DNA of 64,000 bases from an uncultured bacterium (GTDB lineage Bacteria > Bdellovibrionota > JACOXK01 > 2-02-FULL-40-11), in assembly GCA_964371555.1 (NCBI GenBank), contig CAYJMQ010000002.1, positions 5,521 to 69,520 on the forward strand. Reading direction: 5' to 3'. Positions 28,644-38,601 of this stretch are shown here, one piece after another. Below the pieces are notes generated by a model. That model saw only the letters and a list, made by a program, of their open reading frames with translations, searched no databases and was not told the origin of the DNA. The position numbers were made by a program, and so were the translations under genes. Positions within the stretch are counted from its first letter, which is position 1; each line of letters opens with the position of its first letter.

Positions 28644-30202
28644 AATTTCAATCTCTTTCCATCATTAAAATTATTTCCAAAGACATCATAAAAATCGATC
28701 ATGAGCGTGCCTGCGACCGGCAGTGTAATTGTTTCTGGCGCCACATTCCGATATCCGGAAAGCTTTGTGACCGAAAAGATCATTCTACCTTCGGTCTGTC
28801 TCGGAGTCTCTACGGCGACATATGTCCCCTTTTTCATCTCGCCGGTGACAAGCCGAACCATTGAGATCAATCCCCAATCTTCGATTGCTTGGGCCCCATA
28901 GTAGGTATTTAAATAGTTCTCGCGTTTTCGGAGCCAACTATAATCGATTTGACGCGTAAAGCTTTCTATGTCGATTACAATATTCTTTGCCTGCATGAGC
29001 TTTTCTCTTTTTTCTATCAGCGTTTCATAGATAGCGCGGTTGAGCCGGCAAGCCACAACCTGCGTCCAGGCTCCCCCCTGGCATGTGATCATAAAAATGA
29101 TAAGCAGTGTCAAGAGAACCGGCTTTTGATACCTCTTCATCCGGCTAAAGACCCAGAGAAGAAACGAGCCTATACCGATAGAAGGTAAAACAAGATGCCT
29201 TGCCCCCACCCCACCCCAGGAATTAATGAGAATCGGTAAAGCAAAGGAAAAGAATATGATCACTGAAAGCGGAAGGAATCTGGCATCTATTTTTTTGAAA
29301 GAGCGATTTTTGATCGCTGCCATAAAGATCGCAATGGCAAGGAAATTCAAGAGAATGATGATCAAAAGCCATGGGCTTTCGATTGTGAAGAATTTGTAAA
29401 GACCATATAGGAGATTTCTTGCCATATAGCGCCCCGTGTAATGATGTGCGAGATCAACCAGATTGAAAGGGATCATTGAAAATGAGGGCGAGTGCGTATG
29501 AACGGGACTGAGAGCGCCCAAGCCAAAAACATTCGTAAGCTTAAATAAAAGGTAAAAAGCGGATGGAATAATAAAAAGGAGGGAGACTTTGAGCTTTTCC
29601 CTCTTGAAGAGAAAAACATAGCTTATGAGGATGATCGGTAAAAAGAAGCCGGGTTCATAGAAAAAGATCGCAAAAGAATATGAGGCGATTGAATACCAGA
29701 GGTATTTTCTTTTTTCGGATTGGGTATAATAAACGGTGAAAAGAAAGCTCAGGACATGAAAAATATTGGCAATGTCCATCACGGTGTAAACGGGAATATG
29801 GTACATCTCAAGCTTATTCGGAAGCAGACAAAAAATAATGGCGCCAACGACCGCTAAGAAGGAATCGTTCAAGAGCGCCTCTAATAATAGAAAAATAGCG
29901 ATGAGAAGAGCGGAGCTCAAAATTACCATCAACATGAATCCGATTTGCGGCTCGCCGTAAGAGAGTTTTTCCTGAAGCATCAGGAAAATAAAAGAGAGGG
30001 GACGGTCTGGCTGCCTCAAGGCATTGGAGAAGATCTCCTGATATGAGAGTTCATCTGCCTTTACCGATAAGGCGTAATCGTCGTTACCGATCGATGCGCG
30101 TTCAAATGGCAGAAAGTGCGCTAAAATATTGAGACAGATCAGAAAAACAAAAACCTTAGTTCTGTTAAACATTTTTTTGAGCGATGACCAGCATAATATC
30201 AA
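28640..30202 (-). CDS. polytopic membrane protein with C-terminal soluble domain (putative GT-C-like)
   Basis: 520 aa; N-terminal 370 aa multi-TM; C-terminal 150 aa soluble; translationally coupled to 27342..28643. Confidence 0.4.
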   Translation of the reverse strand: MILCWSSLKKMFNRTKVFVFLICLNILAHFLPFERASIGNDDYALSVKADELSYQEIFSNALRQPDRPLSFIFLMLQEKLSYGEPQIGFMLMVILSSALLIAIFLLLEALLNDSFLAVVGAIIFCLLPNKLEMYHIPVYTVMDIANIFHVLSFLFTVYYTQSEKRKYLWYSIASYSFAIFFYEPGFFLPIILISYVFLFKREKLKVSLLFIIPSAFYLLFKLTNVFGLGALSPVHTHSPSFSMIPFNLVDLAHHYTGRYMARNLLYGLYKFFTIESPWLLIIILLNFLAIAIFMAAIKNRSFKKIDARFLPLSVIIFFSFALPILINSWGGVGARHLVLPSIGIGSFLLWVFSRMKRYQKPVLLTLLIIFMITCQGGAWTQVVACRLNRAIYETLIEKREKLMQAKNIVIDIESFTRQIDYSWLRKRENYLNTYYGAQAIEDWGLISMVRLVTGEMKKGTYVAVETPRQTEGRMIFSVTKLSGYRNVAPETITLPVAGTLMIDFYDVFGNNFNDGKRLKL

Positions 30203-31058
30203 ATAGATTCATTTTTAAAGCGATTTTTGAAAAGCGGGACTGTGAAAAGCGTTGATACCAGGCCGAGGCAAATGACCATTTGTATGAAGTGATAAACCGA
30301 AAGAATAAGTAGTCGAGTGTCAAATGGAGACCGGGATAGCAGATCTCTTTTGCCGTAAAACCCCCTTGTTCCAGTAATTTTCGAATCGTATCTGTGTCGA
30401 AGTAGGAAAGATGCTGGGGAATATTATAGAGGTGCCATTTCCGTCCAGAAAGTCTGGCCACAAGGCTTCCGACATCGCCTGTTGTCAGTGCGACGATCCC
30501 TCCCGGTTTTACGATATTTCCGATCAATTTGATCGTTTTAACCGGCTGAGCAACATGCTCTATGACATCCCACATTGTGACAACATCAAATTGTGTTGTC
30601 AGATGTTTAAGTTCCTCTACCCCCCCTTCATAAACCTCGAATCCCTTTTGTCTTGCCATCTTTGCGGCGTATGCGGATATTTCAGAGCCGGATACATCCC
30701 AATATTTTGAGGCTGCTTCGAGAAATGTACCCGTTGCGCACCCCACATCGAGCAGGGAGCCCCCATCGCTGAATTTTCTGATCTGTTTGATTCTCTCAAG
30801 AAACGTGGCATGAAAGCTCTTCGATTCATTTTCGTAGTGACTGTACCCATGTTTTTTCCCGGTATCGTTGAAAAAATCCTCTGCGTAATACTCTTTTAAA
30901 AATGTGGGGGTAGGATCAAAATTTAAGAAAACAAGGTTGCACGCTTTGCAACGGCAAACTTCGTGTTGATCCTTTACAAAAAGAGGGATCAGTTGCCCGG
31001 TGGTATCAGATGAGCCGCAGAGTCTGCAAAAATCGAGTTTTTTAATGGTATTTTCCAA
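30165..31058 (-). CDS. class I SAM-dependent methyltransferase with N-terminal C4 zinc ribbon
   Basis: CRLCG...CRCKAC zinc ribbon; LDVGCATGTF motif I; DVVTMWDVIEH. Confidence 0.7.
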   Translation of the reverse strand: MENTIKKLDFCRLCGSSDTTGQLIPLFVKDQHEVCRCKACNLVFLNFDPTPTFLKEYYAEDFFNDTGKKHGYSHYENESKSFHATFLERIKQIRKFSDGGSLLDVGCATGTFLEAASKYWDVSGSEISAYAAKMARQKGFEVYEGGVEELKHLTTQFDVVTMWDVIEHVAQPVKTIKLIGNIVKPGGIVALTTGDVGSLVARLSGRKWHLYNIPQHLSYFDTDTIRKLLEQGGFTAKEICYPGLHLTLDYLFFRFITSYKWSFASAWYQRFSQSRFSKIALKMNLFDIMLVIAQKNV

Positions 31059-31791
31059 GATAGTAGTTCAATTTTATTTTTATTAAATCACGAAACGATC
31101 CAAAGGTATCGACAACGGGAGAGACTTTACTCCCCTCCATATGATACCACCGGACTGGCAATTCAAAGGTTTTATAATTGAAAAGCTTTGCCAGGAAAAG
31201 AATCTCTGAATCATAAGACCAGCGTTCAACCGCTGCCCGCTTAAACAAATTTTTCGCAACAGGCGTCCGAAATCCTTTGAAGCCGCAGGTAATATCTGTA
31301 AACCGGAGCCCCAGGAAAAAATTTGTCATCATCGTGAAGCCCTTGCCTAAAATTCTTCTTGGAATTCTTTGTTTGACCATCGTTTGTGTCAGCAGATGTT
31401 TTTTGGTTCCGACAACAATGTCGTATGAGTCGAGTAAGGCGAGGCATCTTTCGATTTCATCCAAATGAATTGAAAAATCGGCATCCATGACGATTACTTT
31501 GTCCCCTCCTGCCTGCAGGATCCCTTGTTTTACAGCGCAGCCCTTTCCCCGGTTGGGTTGATAACTTACGATTTTAACAGACGGCTGGAGCAGATTTTTT
31601 TTAAATTCTTCCAGAATATTCAATGTTTGGTCGGTCGATCCGTCATTGACAAAGACGATCTCAGCGCGCTCCGGGAGTTTTTTTTGAATATGTGTCTGAA
31701 ACGAGGAGAGATTTGGTTTAAGGCGCTTTGCCTCATTGAAACAGGGGATGACAATACTCAATTCATCTCTTTCAAGAGGGGCCATACTCAT
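31042..31791 (-). CDS. GT2 glycosyltransferase (dolichyl/polyprenyl-phosphate beta-glucosyltransferase-like)
   Basis: LSIVIPCFNEAKR...VFVNDGSTDQT...MDADFS motifs. Confidence 0.75.
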   Translation of the reverse strand: MSMAPLERDELSIVIPCFNEAKRLKPNLSSFQTHIQKKLPERAEIVFVNDGSTDQTLNILEEFKKNLLQPSVKIVSYQPNRGKGCAVKQGILQAGGDKVIVMDADFSIHLDEIERCLALLDSYDIVVGTKKHLLTQTMVKQRIPRRILGKGFTMMTNFFLGLRFTDITCGFKGFRTPVAKNLFKRAAVERWSYDSEILFLAKLFNYKTFELPVRWYHMEGSKVSPVVDTFGSFRDLIKIKLNYYLGKYH

Positions 31792-31860
31792 TAAACGGCT
31801 ATCTTAAAGAGAAACGCATGGCAAGATTAAATTAGACTTGCATGATATCCAAAGAGCCTT

Positions 31861-32643
31861 CTATGTTGGAAGGGATCCTTCTTTGTTCGCGTGATTTCTC
31901 AAGGGGCTGATCGGTTGGGGAAAGGGGGGGGAAAGAGGGGGAGAAAGGGGAGGGCGCAAACCGTGATCCGGCATACCGAGTTCCTGAAAGCCGATCGTAT
32001 ATTTTGAATTCTTCGTTACGCGGAAGGGAAAAAAGTTCATGACGTTCGCAGCCGATATATCATGATGCCGGGCATATTTTAGCTCGATGACGGTGTCATA
32101 GCATTTAGCCCAATGAAACATTTGTTGGGATAATTTAAATATTCTTGCGGTTATTAATTCTGAATCAACCGTCAAACGAAATTGTCTATCAAAAGATTGA
32201 TAATATTTTCGTTTGTAGCGATTGACCAAAACTGGCATGAGAAGTTCCATGAGATTTTTTGTTGTCAGGCCGATTTCGGATTCTAGAATAGTCTCTTTTA
32301 GAATGTCAGCCATCTTATCATCTTTAAGGAAAGAAAAGGGCTTCAAATCATATTGTTTCTTAACTGTCAGAGAATTCTTTTTTATTTTGAGTTCCAATAC
32401 GGGTTTTGAAATATCACCCCACAATTGGCCATACCAACGAACCCGGATCTTTTGGCGATAGGGATGCCCCTCAATGGAATCTCGATAACACTCACTGTCA
32501 TGGGTGTCAAAATAGATATTGTTAATATATCGTTCATGATAGATTTCAGAAAATGCCAGTGGATGTAGTCGGATCAGTAATTCTATTTGGGGACGTGTTA
32601 ACTCTTTTGTAACAAATTTATTCTCGTATCGTATGTCACTCAT
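31861..32643 (-). CDS. VTC domain protein (CYTH-like, polyphosphate-polymerase-like) with Pro-rich C-terminal tail
   Basis: N-terminal RYENKF (ExK), NIYFDT and KIRVRWYG motifs characteristic of the VTC domain; PPLSPPLSPPFPQP tail encoded over a G8 tract (31924-31931). Confidence 0.6.
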   Translation of the reverse strand: MSDIRYENKFVTKELTRPQIELLIRLHPLAFSEIYHERYINNIYFDTHDSECYRDSIEGHPYRQKIRVRWYGQLWGDISKPVLELKIKKNSLTVKKQYDLKPFSFLKDDKMADILKETILESEIGLTTKNLMELLMPVLVNRYKRKYYQSFDRQFRLTVDSELITARIFKLSQQMFHWAKCYDTVIELKYARHHDISAANVMNFFPFRVTKNSKYTIGFQELGMPDHGLRPPLSPPLSPPFPQPISPLRNHANKEGSLPT

Positions 32644-35254
32644 TTGCGTACAATAATTTCTTTATGTTGCTCTGTTTTTCATTTAGGGGAATCTCTTTGC
32701 CATTCAATGTCAGAGAGGAATCATTCTCAACGAGATGGTTTCGCACAACATTGTTTATTGTAAGTTTGTTACACTCCATCGATGCTGGCCCAAATTCAGG
32801 TTTTTTGCGGAAGACAGCTATGCCAATCTCACTGTTTTTAATAGAACTATCAAATAGAGAGACTCGGCTTAAATCCTTGCTCGCTATCCCTATTTTTGAG
32901 CTTTCTATTTCAATATGTCTGGCTTGAACAAGGCTATTTTCACCCGCACTGATCCCTTTATCCCGGATATGCGACATAAAAAGCCGATCTAATTCGATCA
33001 CACTTCCAGAAAAATCGAGGGCATCCCCACCGATGTTTGTAAACATTGTATCTATAATTTCCCCTTTAGTGAAATCCCCATCCACTGCGTCGCTCAAGAT
33101 ATTGCTAAATAGGGATGAATGGATTTTAAATTCCGAGCGAAAGATATTCAGGTAATCATCCCCCTTTTTATTATTCAGAAATTTTGTGTGATAAATTTCA
33201 ACCGGGGATTCGTAAAACGTAATGGCCCCGGTTAAGATCCAATTCTTTTCAGAGGGAGCATTTAAACCATGAAAGACGAGATGTTTTAGTATCGATTTTT
33301 CACGGGCTTTTAAAACCACAAGCCCCTCACCTGTAAAATCAGATGAATGAATCGAAATCGGTTCTTGAACAGAACCCAAAAAATAGAGGGGTGAATAAGA
33401 AATAATTTTTGCTCTCTTCCTTAAGTCAATTTTTGTTCCGGGAAAGCAATAAACGGTATATCCAGGCGGTATAATAAGGGGATGATTGAGGTTCCAAGAT
33501 CCCTGTCGAATCAGGATTTCCTTTTTGGAATCATTCATCGTCATAAAAGGGACCGTATGGCTGTTGGGGTCTTGACGAAGTAGATCGCTGCTCACATCAA
33601 CAAGAGCTTCTTGCCGTTGGGGCGAGATCGGCGCAATTTTCTCTTCTTTTCCACCCAACATTTTGTATGCCAGTTTAAAGTGATCGATGTTTTTATCTAA
33701 AGTCGCTTTTGGATGCTCTTGGGGATAGAACGTGAAGTTATGAAATTCGAGAGGTTGCGCTTCTTTTTTTGGATCTAAAATGATTCTTGTTTTTGGTGTG
33801 AGTTTTAAGGAGCCTTTATAGAGGAGATGGGATATTTCGACCGGCAGGGCTTGAATATTGGCGACCTCTAAAATGAGATGGTTATCATCAATTCCTCTCT
33901 CATATGCCAAAAGCCCGTTCAAGGGGTTCAGTAATTGTTTGATAAACGCTTGATTTGCATAGAGGTACTTCGTTGTATAGTGGAAATAGGGGAAATCTTT
34001 ATAGAGGATGGAAAGTTTTTTCTGTAACTCTGCATTCAAATCCTTAAGAAGACGATCTAAGTATTCCTTTTCAGAAATTCGATATAGTTCTGATAAATAT
34101 TTTTCCAACAAAATCGGATTGCTAAAAATGCGACGATGATGCTCTTTTGAAATATAACTATCACGATTTTCCAAATAGTGAATGGTTTGAATATAAAAAC
34201 CCCTCCCCTTATCGAAAGCAATCGGTTCTAGCTTGGAAGTGATTGGGTTGTAATAAAATCGTAGATTTGGCCACCCCAATGCATGTGATCCATCCATAAG
34301 ATCGCTGATGGCATAAAAAGTAGCCAGTTTATCTACGTCGATCAATTTGTGAACTGCAAGAGCGCCATTTCGAAATTCATTTAAGAGGGCTTTAGCCTGA
34401 ATCATTTCTGAGGCGGGGGTATTTTTCTTATCATAATCTAAAATGGGCGCCGACATAATATATTCATCAAAAAGTCTATTGGCGGCGTCAGGGATGCGGT
34501 TCGAACTGTAGCGAGCTCCAAAATAAGTATCAAAAAAAAGATTTTCATCGAAACGTACAATAGCGCCTGTACGTCGGGCATTGCTCTCAATCGTCAATTT
34601 ATCAAAATGTTCTTCTAGTGCATAAATGCCCAGTGTTTTTCCATTTAAAATAACTTTAACAAAATCATATCTCAATGCTGCGATGCCCTCCCTCTTTAGG
34701 GCCTCATGATAGATCCATTCATAGATATAATTTCGTGTCTTTGGGTGTTGGAGAGAAATTTTTTTCATTCCTCTCCATGTTTCGTTTCCTTTGATCTTTA
34801 CACGAAATGACCACCGATCTCCTTGCCAATGATCTGACAGATCCCCTTTGAGTCGCAGTTCTATATTGTAGGTCTTATCGTTGTAACGGAGTTTGGCATT
34901 TACAAAGTCATCGTCTTTGCTGTCAAGTTGGCCTGTCTTTAACGCAATATCCCGTTTTTTTTCCAATTTTTGATAATTTACAAAACTGATATCAATATAA
35001 ATCGTTTTAACATCTGCAAATAACCCCCTTAGAAAATTAAGGGGGACCTTTATATTTTCCAAAAAGAGGGGTTTTAACACATCACTTGTTGATCCCAGTT
35101 TTGTTGAAAATACCCCCAAGATATAAGAGACTAGAAACCCACCCACAACAAAGACAAGGATGAGAAACCGTCGAATCTTTTGTATGTATTTCCAGCCAGA
35201 GAAGATAGTCTTGCGCCAGAATAGATAATCAGGGGGCTCATTTTTGAGGAGCAT
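32636..35254 (-). CDS. CotH family atypical protein kinase with C-terminal parallel beta-helix-like region
   Basis: AKLRYNDKTYNIELRLKG...SFRVKIKG...LNGKTLGIYALEEHFD matches the CotH (PF08757) core; N-terminal TM anchor; C-terminal ~350 aa repeat-rich. Confidence 0.7.
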   Translation of the reverse strand: MLLKNEPPDYLFWRKTIFSGWKYIQKIRRFLILVFVVGGFLVSYILGVFSTKLGSTSDVLKPLFLENIKVPLNFLRGLFADVKTIYIDISFVNYQKLEKKRDIALKTGQLDSKDDDFVNAKLRYNDKTYNIELRLKGDLSDHWQGDRWSFRVKIKGNETWRGMKKISLQHPKTRNYIYEWIYHEALKREGIAALRYDFVKVILNGKTLGIYALEEHFDKLTIESNARRTGAIVRFDENLFFDTYFGARYSSNRIPDAANRLFDEYIMSAPILDYDKKNTPASEMIQAKALLNEFRNGALAVHKLIDVDKLATFYAISDLMDGSHALGWPNLRFYYNPITSKLEPIAFDKGRGFYIQTIHYLENRDSYISKEHHRRIFSNPILLEKYLSELYRISEKEYLDRLLKDLNAELQKKLSILYKDFPYFHYTTKYLYANQAFIKQLLNPLNGLLAYERGIDDNHLILEVANIQALPVEISHLLYKGSLKLTPKTRIILDPKKEAQPLEFHNFTFYPQEHPKATLDKNIDHFKLAYKMLGGKEEKIAPISPQRQEALVDVSSDLLRQDPNSHTVPFMTMNDSKKEILIRQGSWNLNHPLIIPPGYTVYCFPGTKIDLRKRAKIISYSPLYFLGSVQEPISIHSSDFTGEGLVVLKAREKSILKHLVFHGLNAPSEKNWILTGAITFYESPVEIYHTKFLNNKKGDDYLNIFRSEFKIHSSLFSNILSDAVDGDFTKGEIIDTMFTNIGGDALDFSGSVIELDRLFMSHIRDKGISAGENSLVQARHIEIESSKIGIASKDLSRVSLFDSSIKNSEIGIAVFRKKPEFGPASMECNKLTINNVVRNHLVENDSSLTLNGKEIPLNEKQSNIKKLLYANE

Positions 35255-35256
35255 TT

Positions 35257-35943
35257 TTAGAAAATACCTTTGTTATCTAAAAAGGTGAATCTAAGGGAGG
35301 TGTCCAACGTCTGAAGGGATTTTTTGGTTTCTTCAATTTTTTGAGGATCATTAAACTCAACGAGGAACGAGGCATCGATTGTGCGATTGTTCTCATCGAA
35401 ACGTTTTAAATTGACGGTTGTGCAGTGTTTTTTGAGGATGAAGATGATTTGACTGAGTGTGACATCTGTTTGAGAGGGGCTCGAAACGGTTAAGAAGAGA
35501 TTCTGAGAATCAAATGACTGTGAATAGAGATTTTTTATATAAATGACGGCAACAATAAAAAGAAAAGCAACAAGGGTGATCGTTCTTTGGCCAGCTCCCA
35601 ATCCAAGTCCAATAGCTATGGCCAAAAAAAGATAAGAAAGCTCTTCGGGTTCCTTGATTGCCGCACGGAATCTCACAATAGAAAGGGCTCCAACCAGACC
35701 GAGCGATAGAGCCAAGGATGATTTAACGATCATAATGACCACAAGTGTTGTCAGCGTGATCAGCACAAAATTGCTTGCAAAGAATCTCCTGTTAGAGAGC
35801 GAACGACCATATTTGGTATAGATGATGGCCAATGTATAGGCCAATATCGCAGCAAGGGACAGATTAATCAAGAAATCAGGAAGTGAAAGGGCGCTGGATC
35901 CTGCAGCTTCTGATTGAATGAGAGAGTCAATTTTTGGATTCAT
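35257..35943 (-). CDS. DUF4956-like membrane protein (partner of VTC/CotH)
   Basis: Three or four TM helices and a soluble C-terminal domain; gene order and 2-nt spacing with the CotH gene. Confidence 0.45.
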   Translation of the reverse strand: MNPKIDSLIQSEAAGSSALSLPDFLINLSLAAILAYTLAIIYTKYGRSLSNRRFFASNFVLITLTTLVVIMIVKSSLALSLGLVGALSIVRFRAAIKEPEELSYLFLAIAIGLGLGAGQRTITLVAFLFIVAVIYIKNLYSQSFDSQNLFLTVSSPSQTDVTLSQIIFILKKHCTTVNLKRFDENNRTIDASFLVEFNDPQKIEETKKSLQTLDTSLRFTFLDNKGIF

Positions 35944-36028
35944 TTCTATTAAATGCAGAGAAATCCTATTTTAAAAGATACTGGGAGTCAATGCTAACTT
36001 ATTTTATGGGCCTAGATGGGAGCGTCCG

Positions 36029-36478
36029 CTATCTGTCCACCCGTTCCCAGCGGTAGGGGACACTATCGCCGTATGGGGGATAGCGTTTCATCTCTTTCGG
36101 GTCGTGTGGAAAGTTTGCGCAGTTTGCGACAATGGCAGTCTCCCTCCCGATGACCTTGTAGCCATTGATCACTCCAGGCGGGATCCGGGTGAGCTGATAA
36201 TTGTTTTCACCGGTAAAAATTTCCATGAGAGTTTTGTATGTTTTGGAATCGGCCCTGTTGTCATAGAGCACAAGTTTAATCATCCCTTTTATCACGGCAT
36301 AAAATTGGGTCTGATAGGTATGTTCGTGCCATCCCTTGATGACGCCCGGATAGGCGGTCGAAAAATATATTTCCCCAAACTTTTCGAAATGGGGGTCGTT
36401 TGCGCGAAGCATGTGCAGGATGCTCCCCCTCTCATCGCAAATCCTTTTAAGCGGAACAATCAGGACGTCTTGAATCAT
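36029..36478 (-). CDS. cupin-fold sugar-nucleotide isomerase/epimerase (WxcM-like, FdtA/QdtA or RmlC-like)
   Basis: 149 aa; GSILHMLRANDP...GEIYFSTAYPGVIKGWHEH...RIPPGVINGY pattern typical of TDP-4-keto-6-deoxysugar 3,4-ketoisomerases. Confidence 0.6.
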   Translation of the reverse strand: MIQDVLIVPLKRICDERGSILHMLRANDPHFEKFGEIYFSTAYPGVIKGWHEHTYQTQFYAVIKGMIKLVLYDNRADSKTYKTLMEIFTGENNYQLTRIPPGVINGYKVIGRETAIVANCANFPHDPKEMKRYPPYGDSVPYRWERVDR

Positions 36479-37512
36479 GGTTTTATCCAGAAATAATCTG
36501 AATCCAGTTTCTTATCCCGGATGAGGGATTGAATTTTTTTTGTCCGAAAATATCGATCCGATTTAAAAGTGTTCATTGTGAGATCATATTTTTGATAGGC
36601 ATCAATCAACTCCCTAATCCCCTGTTTCAGATTCCATTGTGGCTCAAATTCGCTGAACGATTGACGAATTTTTGTGAAATCAACCCGGTATGTCCGCTCA
36701 TCCTTCTCATTTTCATTGAGAATTTTTAAGCGGGTTCCAGGCAGCTCTCTCTGGATTTGAACAGCAATGTCTTTAATTTGATAATTTTCATTGTTGAATC
36801 CCACATTAAATGTCTGATTGTCAATTTTTTCGATGGGCGCCTTTAGCACCGTTAAAAACGCCCTGCAAAAATCTGCAATATGAATCAGCGGTCTCCAGGG
36901 GGTGCCATCGCTTTTGACGACAATTTCTCCGGTCAAAAGCGCCATTGCGACAAGTTGGTTCACAACCAGATCGAGCCGAAGTCTTGGGGAAACGCCATAG
37001 ACGGTGGCGTTTCGAAGGAGCGTCGGATGAAAATCGCAAGTGGCAAGCTGGCTTAAAGCGCCTTCCGCGGCGACCTTGCTCTTTGCGTAAGCGGTCTGGG
37101 GATTGAGGGCGTCGTTTTCTGTCAAAAAATCGCCGCGCGATGCAATTCCATATAAACTGCAGGAGGAGGCAAAAATGAATCTTTTAATTTTTAGTTCCCT
37201 GCAATAAGAGGCAAGTCTCAGCGTTGCTTTATAATTGATCTCATTTGTCAATGCCTCATTCATTTCTCCAAGCGGATCATTTGACAGGGCTGACAGATGG
37301 ATAACAGCTTGGACTCCATCAAGATCTTTTGCGTCGATATGACGAATATCTTTCTTGATCTGCCTGTCTGGCTTCGATTGAGCATCGGTCTTAAAAAAAA
37401 CGGATTCCTGAAAAAAACCGGTATCGAGTCCAATGACTTCATACGATGCCTTTTTCAGGATTTTTGTCATGACGGTTCCAATATATCCGAGATTGCCGGT
37501 TAAGAGGATCAT
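36475..37512 (-). CDS. NAD-dependent epimerase/dehydratase family protein
   Basis: ILLTGNLGYIGT Rossmann, YAKSKVAAE (YxxxK). Confidence 0.75.
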   Translation of the reverse strand: MILLTGNLGYIGTVMTKILKKASYEVIGLDTGFFQESVFFKTDAQSKPDRQIKKDIRHIDAKDLDGVQAVIHLSALSNDPLGEMNEALTNEINYKATLRLASYCRELKIKRFIFASSCSLYGIASRGDFLTENDALNPQTAYAKSKVAAEGALSQLATCDFHPTLLRNATVYGVSPRLRLDLVVNQLVAMALLTGEIVVKSDGTPWRPLIHIADFCRAFLTVLKAPIEKIDNQTFNVGFNNENYQIKDIAVQIQRELPGTRLKILNENEKDERTYRVDFTKIRQSFSEFEPQWNLKQGIRELIDAYQKYDLTMNTFKSDRYFRTKKIQSLIRDKKLDSDYFWIKP

Positions 37513-38594
37513 CCCTTTCTCCCTCCTGCATTTTTAAAAAGTGTTACAAATTTGGGTGCCTGAACTTTGAGTGAATAGAATTGCTCAACCGTTTTTCTTC
37601 CTGCCTCGGCCATCCGATTTCTCAGATCGGGCGAAGAGAGTAAAAGGGAGAGTTTTTCTATCCATTCTTCCTTACGCTTTACGAGAAAACCGTTGTGGCC
37701 GTTCCGGATGATTTCCCTGTTTCTACCGATATCGGAAGCGACGCAAACGGCATGCGCGGACATATACTGAACCGGCTTAAATCCGGTTTTTCCTTTCACC
37801 CATTCGTTGTCAGGAAGGGGATAGACGCCGATATCGAGACTTTGAAATTCCCCGATTTCATCTTCCAGTCTCCATTCAGGTTGATCGAGATCGACGTTCA
37901 AGAGCGCTATTTTCTTTGGCGCGCCGACAATTTTTAAAACAAAATCGTGGTTTTTAGAAAGCGTCGGAAAGAGATCCAAAATTTCTTCAAGATATGGAAA
38001 TGTCGTGTGGCTCCCAATCCATCCAATAACCGGCTTTTGACGCGGCCTGCTCTCTCTTTTTTGATAGAGAGAGGTATCAACAGAGGTGGGAATAATCGTT
38101 ATATTTTGGGGATCCTGAAATCCTGAGGCGTAATTTTTTAAATAGTCATTACAGACAATGGTGTGAGAACTCATCGACGCAAGCCTCGCGATTTTCCTGT
38201 CGGATTTAAAGATTTTTCGAATGAAAGAAACCGATCCCTCTTTCTTCATAAAAATCGCGTCATCGAGGTCGTAAATCAGCGGCTTCTTTAGAAATCTTGC
38301 GAGACGCTCAAGGAGAAGAATGGGGAAAGGGGAAGATTCAAGATGAACGCAAATGATGTCGTACCTTGGAAGATTGATGAGATCGAGGAGCCTTCTTGCA
38401 ATCGCCCCCCCAAGGTAGAATATCTTCTTTGCCAAATACCCTTTTTTGTAAACGATCTTATAGAATCGCGAAGAAATAAATGAGCTGACTTTATAATCTA
38501 TATTCTCTTTTTTGAGATAGGGTAGAAATTGATGAATCCGGTATCTGTAGCTTGCGCCTTCAATTGGATATGGAACGAGAAAAAGAACCCGCAT
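37509..38594 (-). CDS. GT4 family glycosyltransferase (GT-B)
   Basis: The C-terminal region (MSAHAVCVASDIGRNREIIRNGHNGFLV) is the GT4 EX7E region; translationally coupled to its neighbours. Confidence 0.7.
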   Translation of the reverse strand: MRVLFLVPYPIEGASYRYRIHQFLPYLKKENIDYKVSSFISSRFYKIVYKKGYLAKKIFYLGGAIARRLLDLINLPRYDIICVHLESSPFPILLLERLARFLKKPLIYDLDDAIFMKKEGSVSFIRKIFKSDRKIARLASMSSHTIVCNDYLKNYASGFQDPQNITIIPTSVDTSLYQKRESRPRQKPVIGWIGSHTTFPYLEEILDLFPTLSKNHDFVLKIVGAPKKIALLNVDLDQPEWRLEDEIGEFQSLDIGVYPLPDNEWVKGKTGFKPVQYMSAHAVCVASDIGRNREIIRNGHNGFLVKRKEEWIEKLSLLLSSPDLRNRMAEAGRKTVEQFYSLKVQAPKFVTLFKNAGGRKG

Positions 38595-38601
38595 AACAAA
38601 A

